From positions 55,926,001 through 55,990,000 of the forward strand of contig NC_087436.1 of assembly GCF_036321535.1 (NCBI RefSeq): a stretch of 64,000 nucleotides of DNA. Reading direction: 5' to 3'. The translations under genes were made by a program, and so were the position numbers. The notes beneath the pieces were generated by a model. That model saw only the letters and a list, made by a program, of their open reading frames with translations. It had not been told where the DNA came from and did not search any database. This stretch comes from Camelus dromedarius (taxonomy: Eukaryota). Below are positions 50,570 through 64,000 of this stretch, piece after piece (position 1 is the first letter of the stretch; every line of letters begins with the position of its first letter).

Positions 50570-51070
50570 TAAAAGATGATTGACTTAGATAGTTCCACCT
50601 TGAGTAGCCCCACTATCTTATGAGGCAATGTATTCCACTGCCAAAGAACTGGGCTTTAAAAGTAATACTTACGATAAGACCAAAATCTATATTCTTTTCA
50701 CTTCCACTGTTAATCTTAGTTCTGAATTCTAGAGCATCATAGGAAAAATCTAATCCTTGTATTATTTTTGAAGTTGTTTAAATCTTTAGAAGTGGCTCTG
50801 TTGAGTTTACTCTTTCAAGGCTAAATAATCTCAGTTGCTTCCAGATGACATGCTTTCCAGACTTTTTAAAATCCTAAATGCCTTTACCTGGAGGCATTCT
50901 CGTTTGCTAATGCTCCTAAAACGTATGCCTACGTTTGGGGAGCACCATAATGTATATATAAACAAATACACATTTTTAAAGTTTATCAGGCAAAGGGTGA
51001 ACACAATACTGCAGTTGTGACTTGACCAGCCCTGTGTGTAGTGGATTTATTGTTTCCCATGATTGGAAAA
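50570..51070 (-). mobile_element. CR1/L3 LINE remnant
   Basis: CTCTTTCAAGGCTAAATAATCTCAGTT...ACACAATACTGCAGTTGTG..TGACCAG motifs typical of L3. Confidence 0.55.
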
Positions 51071-52240
51071 TCGTCTTTAAACAATTTAAAAAAATAAAGT
51101 GAGGATAAGTCACATGCCTAAGTTGGCATCTCCTCATTTAGAGCTCATGTTTCTACCTGTATGATTATTTCCCACTACATGTGAGCCTCAAGATTTTCAC
51201 AGTAAAAACATTATGATCAGAAAAATAAATGATCCTTGCCATAATATACTTCCATTGAGTAAAAAACAGTAATTATGTTCCTGACTCAGAGGCAGGATCT
51301 CAAAACACTTGATTTAAAAGCAAATACTTTTTAATAAATTAGGCCAGTTTTCACAAAGAAGAATAGGTAATGTTGCAATTATAAGTCAAGTCCTCTTTAT
51401 ATAAAATATGGCTCATCCAAGGAATGCACATCTGTTTTCTGAAAAACAGTTCTAAATTGAGTGCCTTTTCTATTTTAATTATAATAATGATACATGCCAC
51501 ACTAGTATGATAATTTTCTCACACCTAATAAGCATGTCAGTAAAAATCTAAAAATGTTTTTAAAACACATAAAATAAAATCATATCCAATTATTAAGGGC
51601 AGCTGCTATTTTCTTCTGTAGTTTTTCAACCCAGATATAAATAAACTTTTTTAGCCATTATATCTGATGTACTGAAGTCTAAATATTATAGGATAATTGT
51701 GTGGGTTGCTAATTGTGGAATCTAACTGCATCAGAATCCATTATGAACTATAATATCTATTGTTAAATGATAATTGTTGCTATGAATATAACATTGCCAT
51801 AATAAATATAATGAGAAAATGTTAAGAAATTTCTAATTTTGAAATGTATGATTTTGTATTTTGTCTTATTTGATCTTATAATAGATAAAATAGGATTGCA
51901 TAAATTTTTTAAAGGAACTGATATAGATAAAAAGAGAGAAACTAAACCTGCATGGGGAAAATGTGTGTCATAACATATTAAAAAACTACCAATTATTTTA
52001 CAATCAACAAACTTTACTGAGTACATACTGTATTTTAGTAATATATTATCCTAACAAAAAATTTAAATTGACATCTATTGTATATATGTATTATATAATT
52101 TAATAATAACTAATAATAGTGTGAAATAATGTATATACTATATTTAGTAGTAGTATATGACATATATGCATACTCCATATAAATATATTATCTATTTTTT
52201 CCTAAATGCATATTTTTTTGAACTGGATCACATTTAGATA

Positions 52241-53065
52241 CAATAGTCCCCCCCTTATCCTCCAGGGATAAGTTCCAAGACCCTCAACAGATGCCTGAAA
52301 CCGCAGATAGTACCGAACCCTATATATACTACATTTTTCCCTAGACACACATACCTATGATAAAGTTTAGTTTATAAATTAGGCACAATAAGAGATTAAC
52401 AGCAATAACTAACAATGAAATAGAACAATTATAACAATGTACTGTAATAAAAGTTATGTAAATGTGCTCTTTCTCTCTCAAAATTCATTGTACAAATGCA
52501 ATGCCTTTTTTTCCTAAGCACTTATCACTCACTCTGGCCACAACTTGTGCAGTTTGAGGTGTGACATCAAAATTAATACGAATTTATTTTTCCTTCTTCA
52601 CAATTTCACAGAGATAAGATTTATTCTTACCATAGTACTTAGCAACCTCAGCAGACTATTTTTTTCCTTTTGTTGCTAAGTTGAAAACTTTCACCTTTTC
52701 ACGTAAAGGAAACACTTAAGGCTTCTCTTTGGCATATCTGAGCTGCCAGCATCACCATTCTTGCACGTTGGGACCATGATTAAGTAAAATAAGGGTTACT
52801 TGAGCACAGGCACTGTGATACCAAGACTGCCCATCTGACAACCAGGATGGCTGCTAAGTGAGCAATGGGTGGGATATGCTGGACAAAGGGACGATTCACA
52901 TCCTGGAAATGATGGTGTTAGACTTCATTATGCTATTCAGAACAGCGCTCAATTTAGAACTTATGAATTGTTTATTTCTGTAGTTCTCTAATATTTTTGT
53001 GCTGAGAGTAATTGAAGGTAACTGAAACCTCAAAAATCGAAACTGTGGATAAGAAGGAAATACTG
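52241..53065. mobile_element. Tc1/mariner Tigger7/MER44-like non-autonomous DNA transposon
   Basis: TIRs CAATAGTCCCCCCCTTATCC ... GGATAAGAAGGAAATACTG, flanked by TA at 52239-52240 and 53066-53067. Internal GCCTGAAACCGCAGATAGTACCGAACCCTATATATACT is typical of MER44. Confidence 0.85.
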
Positions 53066-54793
53066 TAATTACATTTATTCGTTTTTCTATACATTGTTGT
53101 ATAGGCTGAGCAGTTATTCACTTTTCAGTAGATAAATACTGGATATAATTAAATTCAGAGTTATATTCACAGTAGATTCTTTTCACATAACAAGTCCGTT
53201 TAGTAGAACAATCGTTAATTTGTACAATAAATAAATCTCTGTTCATAAAATTAAAAAAAAAATACCATCTGGAGAGTCACCTAAAAGCTGAACCAGATGG
53301 TCACTTGAAGTTTTATTCATTTATATTAGTCTTCATTTTGGGGTGTAATTTCTATTAATTGAATAAAATTCCTTTTATTGTGGATGAGAAGCATCCTATA
53401 AATACATCAGAGCTAGTCCAATGGTATTTGAATTTTTGCTTCAATACTTAGGTACTATGAATTCTAAAAGACTATACAATTTCTTCACACAATTTTTAAT
53501 CAATGCATAATTTGTTTATAAAACCTTAAGTAATTCAATTTATATTTTCTAACATAATTATTGACCTTTTTAAAAGTCCTATATCATTTAAAAATGTGAC
53601 ACGTAGAATCTAAATATCATAGCAAACTTATACTTGCTATCATTCATGTCAAAAAAATATGAAAAACTATTCAACAGTCAGAAATTTAACATCATGAATT
53701 TTCTCTTGAACTCACGTATCCATTCTACTTATCCAGACAATTCTATTAGTATGTAATAAATTATTAAGTTTTAGTCATTTATTGATACCCCTATCATAAT
53801 TTTGTACATAAAATATTTATGTAAATTGAAATTTAATTTAATTTTTAATTTTCCTTTGACTACAAGGCTCTCAACTGTTAAAATTTTCTTTTGGATTGAG
53901 TTATAATTAGAATTATCTGTAATATAAACTTGATTAATACAACATAAATATATTACATGTTTTGTAATAATTATTATACCTAAAGAGCAAAATTTTATTA
54001 AAGATGCATCTTCTAATGAGGTGAATGCAGTTTTATTTCCCAATTAATTTGTGTATCCAGAAATGAACATAATTTATTGCTAAAATAAGATAGAGTTCAC
54101 TATCAATTCTAGTCTGTTTGATCTGTCATCAAACGGCAATCAATTAGGCACTTTTTCAATTTTGTTGAAAGCAAAGAATTAGAAACTGTGTGATTTGCAA
54201 ATGGGTTTGGTGCTGTTATTAGGTTCATTTACTTCATTAGTACAAACATGAAAATTGGTAATAGTCATTTTATTTAGTGCTGAGAGTGGGGCTTCTGCAC
54301 TATGACAATTCAATAGTGGCTGCAACACGGGATGAAGAGGAGTATGATTTTCTTTTGTGAAGTAAGAAAGGCCAATTGTGAAGGGGAAAGTGGGAAGGGA
54401 ATCCAGGTTAGATACAAGTATGCTTACTCAAGCTGTTTTGTTTGTTTGTTTGTTTGTTGTCTTGTTTTGTTTTCTGGTACTTACGGAAGTTTGAAGACCT
54501 CTGATCTAGCCCAATGTTCCACTAGCAAAACAACTCATTTTAAGACAAACTTGAGAGGTATTGATAGCTATCACTAGTCTTCCATGCCCACATTACTTCA
54601 GTTCCAGTTTCAATGTCCGAAACACTCTCAGGTTGGAGAATATGCAGGAGTATGGACAAAGGGATTTTATTCCACTCAGTGGTACCCAAACTTTCCACCC
54701 AACTGTGCTGAATTTCCAATTCCTTTTAATTGTTCTGGACAGCAGTGGGACTGAGCACAACAGTAATATGTTGAGGACTCCTTGCCTCAAATG

Positions 54794-54898
54794 ATTTTAA
54801 CCAGAACTAACGTTGTGGAGAAGTAGTCTGTACTTTTAAGAGGAAAATTTTAACCAGAGCTAACGTTCTGGAGAAGTAGTCTGTACTTTTAAGAGGAA
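54794..54898. repeat. Tandem duplication, 53-bp period, 2 copies
   Basis: 54794-54845 and 54847-54898 are identical except for 2 mismatches. Confidence 0.95.
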
Positions 54899-57800
54899 TC
54901 TCACCCCTCTGATCCCCAAACACAGACACTCACCTCTCAATACCAGAAGGATCCAGTTCTGTAGTCCCTGGAGATCAACAACATTGGCTGGATTAACTTT
55001 GTTTTAATGATAACACTGATCATAATTGCTCCCTTTAGTTTTTGAATAAGTCACATTTTATCATCTTGCCCAAACATATATGAGAAAAAACTGGCCCTAT
55101 ACCTTTAAGCTAATCTAGACAGCTATCCTAAAAGAAAATGGTGTTACTTAAATATAAAGTTTTCTTAAAGACTCATGCTGACTACTGGTGAACTTTAATT
55201 TGTATAAAACCTCACAACTCATTGGACCTAGGATTTTTCCATTGATTGATAATAAGCTTACCAAAATGAAATAGGAAAATGCTTCTATAACATACACCAG
55301 TTTTCCAGCCTTATGTCATCTCTGCCACTTACACTGATTCACTAGCTATCAGAAGAGTTTATATATCACAAGAGTTTATATCTATATATATGTGTGTATG
55401 TGTATACATGCGTTCTTCTCTGCCCTAGAATTTAATTTGTCTTTACATAGACGCTGCTGATATCTAGATGATTTATCATCTATCTTGGTTTTAATTTCTT
55501 TTAAAATAAATAAGTTTTCTTCTCTCTTCACTTTTAAAATGTCTTTTGACAGAAAATTAGGAAGCAAAATACTAATTTTATTACCTGAATTAGAATGTGC
55601 TGCATCTCTATACTAATTATAATATTAGAACACTTGTTTTAATCAATTTGAACATAAATATATCTGAATATGGCATTTTAAATATTGGGCATTATCTACT
55701 TAAGCCTACGTTCAAGCATGGACGATTAATGTGTGGACTGTAACATCCCATTCATACAGCATTTAAGCCACTGATATGTATTTTGCACAATGTATTTCAG
55801 TGAGGTTATTCTTGCCTGAGTACAGAATTTCTGTGAGGGTAGTTCTCAGACTCTAATAGGGCCTTTATCATAACAATTGCAGTAAAGTTTTTTCTCCTAT
55901 TATTTTGTATGATATGTTATCAAAACTCCATCCTAAAATGTTCTCTGGATGAGATTTTTCTTCAATAGTATTTACAAAATGAAGCTAGTATTTAACTTTA
56001 ATAATTGTTTGCAATGAATGATAATATCAAATCATTTTCAATGTCCCAATATTTAATAATTATAAATATTTAATAATTCAAGAAAGAGTGACTGAGAGTA
56101 AATTGGGAATTTAAAATTCCAGATTCCTCAAAAAAATGACACTTTTCCATTTAGTCATTCAAGCAGTTACTAGGTGCCCATTATGTGTCAGGCACTGTGA
56201 GAAGCACTGTGTAATCCGGGGGAATAAGATAAAAAGGTCCATGACTTCATGACACTTTCATTTAGTTGGAGAAAACAGAGAAGTCTGGTGATGGCAAGTG
56301 TAATAAAAGAAACAAACAGGAAACTGTGATGAAGAAGGAGATGGAGGTGGGCGCCCTCTTTAGGTGGCTGATTATGGAAGACCTCTGAGACACTCGGTGG
56401 CAGAAGTTGTAGTATTGAAATAAAAGGTCCCTGCCAAGTCTGAAACATCTTTGATCTAAAAATCCTTTTAATTGACTCAGTCTGATTTTGCCATTTGTCC
56501 TGCTCTGTCCTTTTTAAAGAGGAGGCAAACTATTTCTTCCTGTTTCCTTCTGTCCCTTTTCTTCCACCAGATCCTCATTTCTATTTTATTCCTCAGTTAT
56601 ATGGAGAAATACAGCAGTCTTATATCTTGAGCTTTATCTTAGGAGATTGTAGAAATGGGAAGACTGGCAAAAGTCAGAACCAACAATCCAGCTAGCATTG
56701 ACTAGTATACCCCATATGGAAAATCTCCATAGGTGAGGAAGGGGTCCCACACCAGAACTGTAATTTTTACAGGGAAGATGCAGGAGAGTTGAAAGACCAG
56801 AGTTAACATCAAATCCAGATCTGATCTGAAAAAGTGGACCTATACAAATAAACAGGGTGAGTTGGACCACATGATCCTTCTGTTACTAAGTGTGCGGGTC
56901 TCAGATGGATGGATGTCAAGATTGGCATATTTCTAAGTGATTAAATCAAGTATTGTGTTATTTTTAGAGACTTCACTCTGGCAGGGACTGTGCTAGCATC
57001 TGGGGATCCAAAGCTCGAAACCGTGAAAGCCATCCTCAATGTCTTCACACTAAAGAAGTAGGCACAGATATGCAAACAAATAATACACCCAGGGAAGGGA
57101 GTGATTCTCTCTCGAGGAGGAGGAGGAGGAAAAGGAGGAGGATGGGTCAGTGATTATTTCAGAGACAACAAGTAAACTCACTTGGCAGATGAATAGTAAA
57201 GGGAAACTCCATAACAAGTGGACACTGAATTGTCTTCGGCTCACGTGAAGTAAAAAGGTGTCTTAGGAAGTAAATCAGGAAACTCTACAGGGCAAGGATA
57301 AACAAATAATCTGAAAAAGGAGAATAAGATCACATATTGCCTCAAACTCCATAGCCTAGCCACAGACTATAGAAGGCATAATTTTCGGACTGGAGGTTTG
57401 TACAAGTTTAGAGGTTATAAAGAAATGGGGGTGATGCCTTCTACCTTTGACCTTGATGAAAAAGAGGTGTCCAGGTGTCCGCATGCATACTAGGAGAAAA
57501 GATGCCAACCAGCGAATCTGTCAAAGACCCAGGAGGGCATGAAGTTAAACGAGATGCTTACAAAGGTGAAGCAGCACCATCCAGAAGGGATAGACACCTA
57601 CCATTCTGAAACATGACTATTTACCTACTACTTGTACTTACTATAGTTTGTGCTTTCTTGTAATGTAGCAAAGATACTTTTGAAAATGTCATGTTGTCTC
57701 AGATGTTTTGAGGGAAATAGGCTGCTGTCCATGCTAAGGTCAAAGTGTGAGAGGGCATAGCTGGCAGCATGAGAAAAAAAAAAAAAAAACCTCCATAATG

Positions 57801-60800
57801 AAATGGTCTCTACCCATATGTGAGATCTGGGAGTAGGGAGTGGAAGATTCAGGAGCAGGTGTTCAGAAATGTCCCCCAAAATGTCACCCTACCCTTTGCC
57901 CTTGAAACCCTATCCTTTCTCCTTGAATTTGATGGTGTCCTATAGAGGACTGATTAAACCTTGGTATCTTGGCTCTTCTGAGGTAAACAGAATCAGGAAG
58001 GGCTGGAGAGGCAGCTGGTTCTGAGATGTTAAGAGAGCCTGATGTTTCGTCAAAGTCCTATACAGACGGGTCCACAAGTAAATCACCAGATGTCAGACAC
58101 TGATTCCTGCATAAAAACTCTTCCTCTCCACCCTACTTAGTGAAGGAAGCAAGGCCTTTGTATGTATTCACTCATTTATTTCTTTTTGCATTTCATAAAT
58201 GTTTACTGAATACCTGCTAAGCTCTGTGTTCTGTCAATGGCCAGAGAAAGGCAGCCCTGCTGTGTTGGTGCTATAGGCAAATGTCAAGTCCTGTAGAGAG
58301 TTGAGAGGCTCCAAACACTTGCAGGAGGGGAGCCACTGCAGCTGTGGGCCAGTTCAGCAAACAGATGTGAAGAATGCTCTGCAAGGCCTGTCATTGTATG
58401 ATTCCATCTACTGAACTTCAGACAGCCTGCAGACAGGGAATGGCTCTATCACTCAAGACGTCACTAACAGATTTGGAAAAGATTTCTCCAGCCTCTGACA
58501 TCTGAGTGTGGACACTGAATGAGAGAAAACACAGTAAAATAATAAGAAATAAAGAGCAGTTTTTCAGAAGAGAAAAGGGTGAACCAAAAGGGAGATTGCA
58601 GGGTGACGTGACATAAAAGAAAAAGCATTTGAAGTTGGTAGGAAAATCATATTTATTGTGCACTTAATATTTCCCTGTGTCATATTAAGGTCATTTGATA
58701 TCTATTCACATGGTGATGCTTGATAACAACTCTATTTATTCAGGTTTTATCATTCCCTATTTTTAAAGAAGTTTATTGGGTTCAAAATCATATCAAAAGC
58801 TAATATCAAAAGTGGAACTGATATCAGATATATCCTATTCCAGAATCTTTCCAATATGACCAGAAAACAGAAGACCATGGTTATGGATCTTGATTCTATC
58901 ATTAAAATTTCTTGATTTGGACAAGTCAGTTTGACATTCTGAAGCTCAGTTTCCTTATTTATAAAATTATGTTCCCTAAGGTCGAATTCTATTCATGATA
59001 GAAAAATAAGTCATGCTTTGGCTCTTTATAGAAGACAGATGGAGAGAAAAAGGGGAAATATAGAAAGAGAAAGACTAAAGTAGTAGGGAAATGGGTGGTA
59101 GAAGGACTCAGGACAAGATATTAAAAATGTTAGAAGGGAATTGGGAGTCCTAGGTTGCAAGAGGGATAACATTGTGAACATATATGCCTGTGTGAGAGAG
59201 AGATCTATTGAAGCAATACCTGTAAATACTGGGAAATTGGTGACAGGAAAATATTTGGTCTGAATCCCAGGAGAAAGAGCTAGTTGGTGGACCCTCTATA
59301 CGTAATTCACACACACTCCTCCTACCGACCCCTCTCCCCCGCCTCCACACACACCAATTACTAACATTGAAAATCAGAGCAAGTTGCTTCACAAGACAAA
59401 CACAAAATACAGAAACCATTGTTAGCAAGTGGCATGTGGCATGTGGCCTGGAGGACAGACCCTCAGTGATAAGCTGGATTGTCTATGCCCCGGCACTGTC
59501 ATAGATTCTGGCGTAGTTTTCATTGGCTTTAGTCCTTTTTTCTCTTTACATAAGCAGTCTTCTCCAGGGAACAGGTGAACTCAAAACTGAGCTAGAAGGG
59601 CTCCTGCATGCACCGCCTTATCAAACTTCAAACACAGTCTTTCCTGTAGCCTATTCATCCAATCCTGACAATTTCTTCTCCTGAGGTATTCCACATCCAT
59701 CTAATTACAACACTATCTAAACAAAAGAAATGGAGTTATTTTCCTACCATCTCAAGAATGGGAAACTTCGGTGTCTCCAGGGGAACATGAGCAACTCCCT
59801 CTGTGTGTAGGTAGCAAAGGTTATTCACCCCCCCGATGGAAACCAGGGTAACTTTCTGGCACTTCTCCCTGGCACCCCTCACTCCTTTGGGATGGTTCTA
59901 TAATCACCCGAAGGTCATAATTGTTTAAGTGCTCAAACATCTGCATAGAGACTTTTTCTTCTTTTCCTTTAGTTTAACAAGACCTTCGATTTTAACATGC
60001 ATAAGAATTACTGGGCAAATTTTTATATACAAAACATATACCGTTCTTCACGATTGCTTTAAAGTATTTTTCAAAGGCAATTTTGGTAATCTTACCAAAA
60101 AGGGAATTGTTTTAATCATTCTGAGTCTAAAATCTTACTTCTGTGGCTTCACCAGTAATACTTGTGGATGTGGCTGTTCACATTTTAATGCCATAAATGT
60201 GTGATCCATTTTTATTGTGACCTACACATATGGAAACCTACCCAAAATAAAAATTATCTTTGAATGACCTGCCATTTAAAACCATCATACAAATGGAAAT
60301 AAGATAGTATCTGAACTAATCAGACGTTTTTAAAAGGAGTCAATTTTAAGATATTGTTGGGAGGTACAGGCTTTGAAAATTAGGACGTAAAATGCAAAGA
60401 AATGCAATCAGACAAGTTTCTACCAGCAAAAGAGTTCATTTTTCACTCTGCAACTCGAATCAGTGTCTACATGACATTTATGTCTTTAAGCTTTAAATCA
60501 GTGCTGCACAGTGGGGGCGAGGTGGGAGGCTATCAGAATCACCCAGGAAGCCTTTTCAAACTACATCAGCCCTCCTTCTCCCGCAGTCCCTCCTCCCCCT
60601 GAGATTCTGCCTAAGATGTGTCTCTGAACTTGAGCAACACCATCTGTTCACTTACAAATAGGCATTTTTATCTCCAAAAGGGCAGGTTTCTGCACATGAG
60701 CCTCTAACATGTTTGGGGGGGAAGGGGGCTGATACATACATCAATGACATAATCTTTCAGTTGAATGCTGACATGTTAAAAAATGGATCTGTCTATATTT

Positions 60801-61569
60801 TCTGAGTGATATATTCAGTTGGTGAGCCCCTTGTAGTAATGAAATGAAAATTGCTACTTTAAATACTCATATAGGTCAGTAAGCTTCATTCTAGGAGTGT
60901 TCCCTTAATTCAGGCTCCATTCTGTGAGATTTTCATAAATGAGGGCATTTTTAGAATTAAAGAGGGCGACAGACTCAGCTCAAACAACTACTATTAGAAA
61001 AGCATGGTGGGTAACATCAACTTTATATCATAAGCAGTGCTAAAAGTCATTTTTTATTATATGCACGTTTCCCATAGCTTAAATTCCTGTGACAACTGTA
61101 TCACATTCCCTGGAGTGCATTTTTTTTTCCGTTTAAAAAACATTGTGAGGATCGGTAGATATTGTTCTATTCTCCACGGAACTGACCTTTGAGGCCTCCT
61201 TTGCTGCAAGCGTTATCTTGACTTTGTGAACATAAGGTACCAACATAAACACATACGCTGCTCACATTTTTATGTTGTAATCACATAATTGAGTCATTTT
61301 ATTCTAGCATGGCTTTGCCAAATGTTTGGAATATGGAATATGTTGAGTTTTTTAAACCAAATATTCCTAAATTATAATTTTCATTTTTGAAAGTAAAAAT
61401 ATTCATGTGAATGGAGGTAGCACATTAAAGTTTTTATGGAATTAGAATATTCAAAATGTTACAAATATATTTGATGTTGCAAGTTTTTGTATCAGTGAAA
61501 TGACTAAAAGATTTGTGAAACCTCTTTGACAGATTGATACTTATTTACTGAAATATGATAATAATATTT

Positions 61570-61800
61570 TAAAACAGTTAACATTTATTAAAGTTTATTC
61601 AATCCCACGCATGGTTAGTAGTCTTTATGTGAATTAATGTGTTCAATTCTTACAACAGCACTATAGAGGAGATACTGTTAGTATCCCAGTTTACAGACAA
61701 GAGTACTGATGAAAAACAATGGATTTTTTCCAAGGTCACAAAGTTAGTAAGGGGCAGAGCAGGGTTTAGAGCCCAGGCACTTTCACTGCAGAGCCTGTGT
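61570..61800 (-). mobile_element. MIR SINE remnant
   Basis: AACATTTATT..TCTTACAACA..CCCAGTTTACAGA..ACTGA..CCAAGGTCACA..TAGTAAGGGGCAGAGCAGGGTTTAGAGCCCAGG. Confidence 0.75.
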
Positions 61801-64000
61801 TCTGAAACACCTGGTGACTATCAAGGTGCCTTGGTGCTCTGTGGCTCATCCTCAGATGTCTTGCTAGCCCTGCAGAACGCAATGATTCCCGCTCATGGCC
61901 ATGGCCTCCCAGAGTGAGTACTGTGGAAGTTACCATGGTTTTCAAATCAGTGCTACCCTGTGTGTCTTTTCTCATTAAGGGTATTCTAGATGCCTCTCTG
62001 ACACGAAATTGTCTTCAAAATACAAAGTAGTTTCTGTTTTGTAACATTTATCTACTGAGGTGCATCATGTTGATGTAAGGTGGTCTTGCTGTTTCCTCCT
62101 CTTAATCCTCAGGGTTTCCACACTCCCCTTCCTCATCTGTAGACCTCATGGAGAGTGGTAGGAAAATGACCTGATGTGCTGGCTCTTCCTTTCTCTTTCT
62201 ATTTCTGCCATAATACCTGGAGGTAGACATGGTGAAATTTGGACTTCTGGGTTTTTTACTTCCCCATATTATAGCCTCTGAATCAGCAAGTTCAGTAGTC
62301 TTGGTCTTATTTAGAAGCAGTGTCTTCTCTATGCTGTAGAAGCTGAAGTAAAAACCTGTTGTTTGGCTACAGACATAGAAATTTTATGTTGGCGTTCAGA
62401 AACTAAATATGAATTATTTCCCATATGCATTTCTGCACTAACTGCAAGTATACTCATTTCCTACACCTTTCCCCTCTTCCCAGGTCGATGAGTGCCTGGT
62501 CAAGGACAGGTAGGAAAAGGCAAAAGAGAAGAGCCTATCAACACATTAAAAAACTATTACCCATTTACCATATGCCAACCAACAAGGTAGCTGTTCTTAA
62601 AAGAGTCCAAGGTGTCTGAGACCGAAACTCAAATCATACAGGCCATATAAACTAGTATAAGGGAACTATACGTTTACAGAGATAGTGGTAGAAGGTGGTG
62701 CAATTGCATGTGGACATCAGAGAAGGGCTGTACAGCACTTCCAGCTGTAGCAGGCAGGGGAAGCTTCATACCTGGGTTAGCATTTGAACTAGACTTTGAA
62801 GAATGGTTAATCTATTTGTGAGGAAGGAAATTTGAGGCAGAGTAAAGGTCGTGAAAAATTGCAGAGACTTGAAGGTGTCAATGTGCCAGATATTAGCCTG
62901 TGACCAGACAGAAGTCTTGATTGTTGGGAGAATGAAAGTTGGCCATGGCAAGGGAATAGAGGCAGAGGTATGGTTCCAACATCAGTCTCCAGATGCTGAC
63001 ACCTATCCTCAAATAACTTATCTTCAATTTTCTTGACAAATTTTAGCCTTATCATACATTCAAATAGATTTTCTTCAAGCTATTTGGCCCTGTCTCCCAC
63101 AATCACAAAATGGACCAATAGACTCCTCCTAATCTCTAACCAGCACAATTTATAGCCTTTGGTTGGAGTGGTCAATAAAATGAAAAGTAAAATATTGCCT
63201 GTAAGTGATTTCCTTGTATATTTAAAAAGCAACGTGTCCACAGGAAAAAAAAAAAATTCTATGAAGAATGAGGTTCCCTTTGATCTCACTAGTGTCAAAA
63301 ATGTAAGGTGAAATTTAACTTGGAGAATAATAATCATCAAAAGATCTTTACAGTCCTAAAAAGAAATAAAATAGCAAACAACAACAAAAAATAACATTGA
63401 TTAAGTGAAAATGCACATAAATTATTATATCATTTACTCATTTTTAGACTTATTTTTAATTATGTAATCACTCTTAGGGTCTTCTAACAGTTAGATATTG
63501 GGTAGGTGATGTTGCTTATTCAAGTATTACTAAGGTAGGGGAAAATTCTTGAGAATCTCAAAGTGTAGAGAAGCAACACATGTAAATAAGCAAGCAAATA
63601 ATCTTAAAGCCTTTATTCTTAAGAGTGCCTCATTTGTAATACTCTCATAGATCTTAATGCTTAATACTCTCATAACTCTTAATGCTAGGTTGCCCACTGA
63701 CACCTACTCTACAATACCAGGCTGTTCTTGGCCAGTGGGGCCATCTGGTGGACCATGTAGGTAATCATGTGAGCCATTTATCTCATTCTTTTTAACTTCT
63801 CTTTCACACAGTTCTGTTTAAAATACCTCTAGAAAATTCTCACTTGAATTATTTAACTCCTTCTTTCTTTCCTTGAATTTTTCATTTGTGTTCCTCAATT
63901 TTACCTTCTTTTTTCCTTGTAATTTAATCTGTTAACCAAAAAATAAACAAAAAACAACCATATACTAGTGCAACATCTACAGAAAATAAAATTCTTTATT

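Noticed and set aside
679..63340. The many 60-136 aa ORFs outside the provirus
   Set aside because: Low-complexity, AT-rich or repeat-derived translations with no recognisable domains. The exceptions are the L1 ORF2, L2 and ERVL remnants already listed.
63638..63686. Short ~25-bp tandem duplication (similar ones near 38217-38243 and 55353-55381)
   Set aside because: Ordinary slippage products with no sign of function.

Overview
AT-rich (GC-poor) mammalian genomic DNA dense in transposable-element relics. It is probably camelid, inferred from a tRNA-derived Vic-1-like SINE at 21381-21531. No intact host protein-coding gene, RNA gene or prokaryotic system is visible, and most ORFs in the track are chance ORFs. 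The main feature is a complete 6.8-kb minus-strand endogenous retrovirus (30928-37747). It has two ~430-bp LTRs, a 5-bp AGTAT target-site duplication, a perfect 18-nt tRNA-Ser primer-binding site, a zinc-finger-less gag, a TAG-separated pro-pol with YIDD reverse transcriptase, and a compact gamma-type env. This makes it a class III (ERV-S / HERV-S-like) provirus that kept its env. All of its genes are interrupted, largely by G-to-A changes. Notable details: a candidate readthrough pseudoknot, a degenerate dUTPase-like domain inside integrase, an env with no local signal peptide behind a splice acceptor (with a hydrophobic ORF in U5), NR5A-type motif repeats in U3, and uneven LTR divergence. 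Elsewhere there is an ancient ERVL remnant with a recognisable dUTPase and a perfect 21-bp hairpin, L1/L2/L3/MIR/Tigger relics, and a possible decayed multi-exon gene on the minus strand (about 6.5-29.2 kb). Repeat family names come from my memory of consensus sequences, not from a database search.
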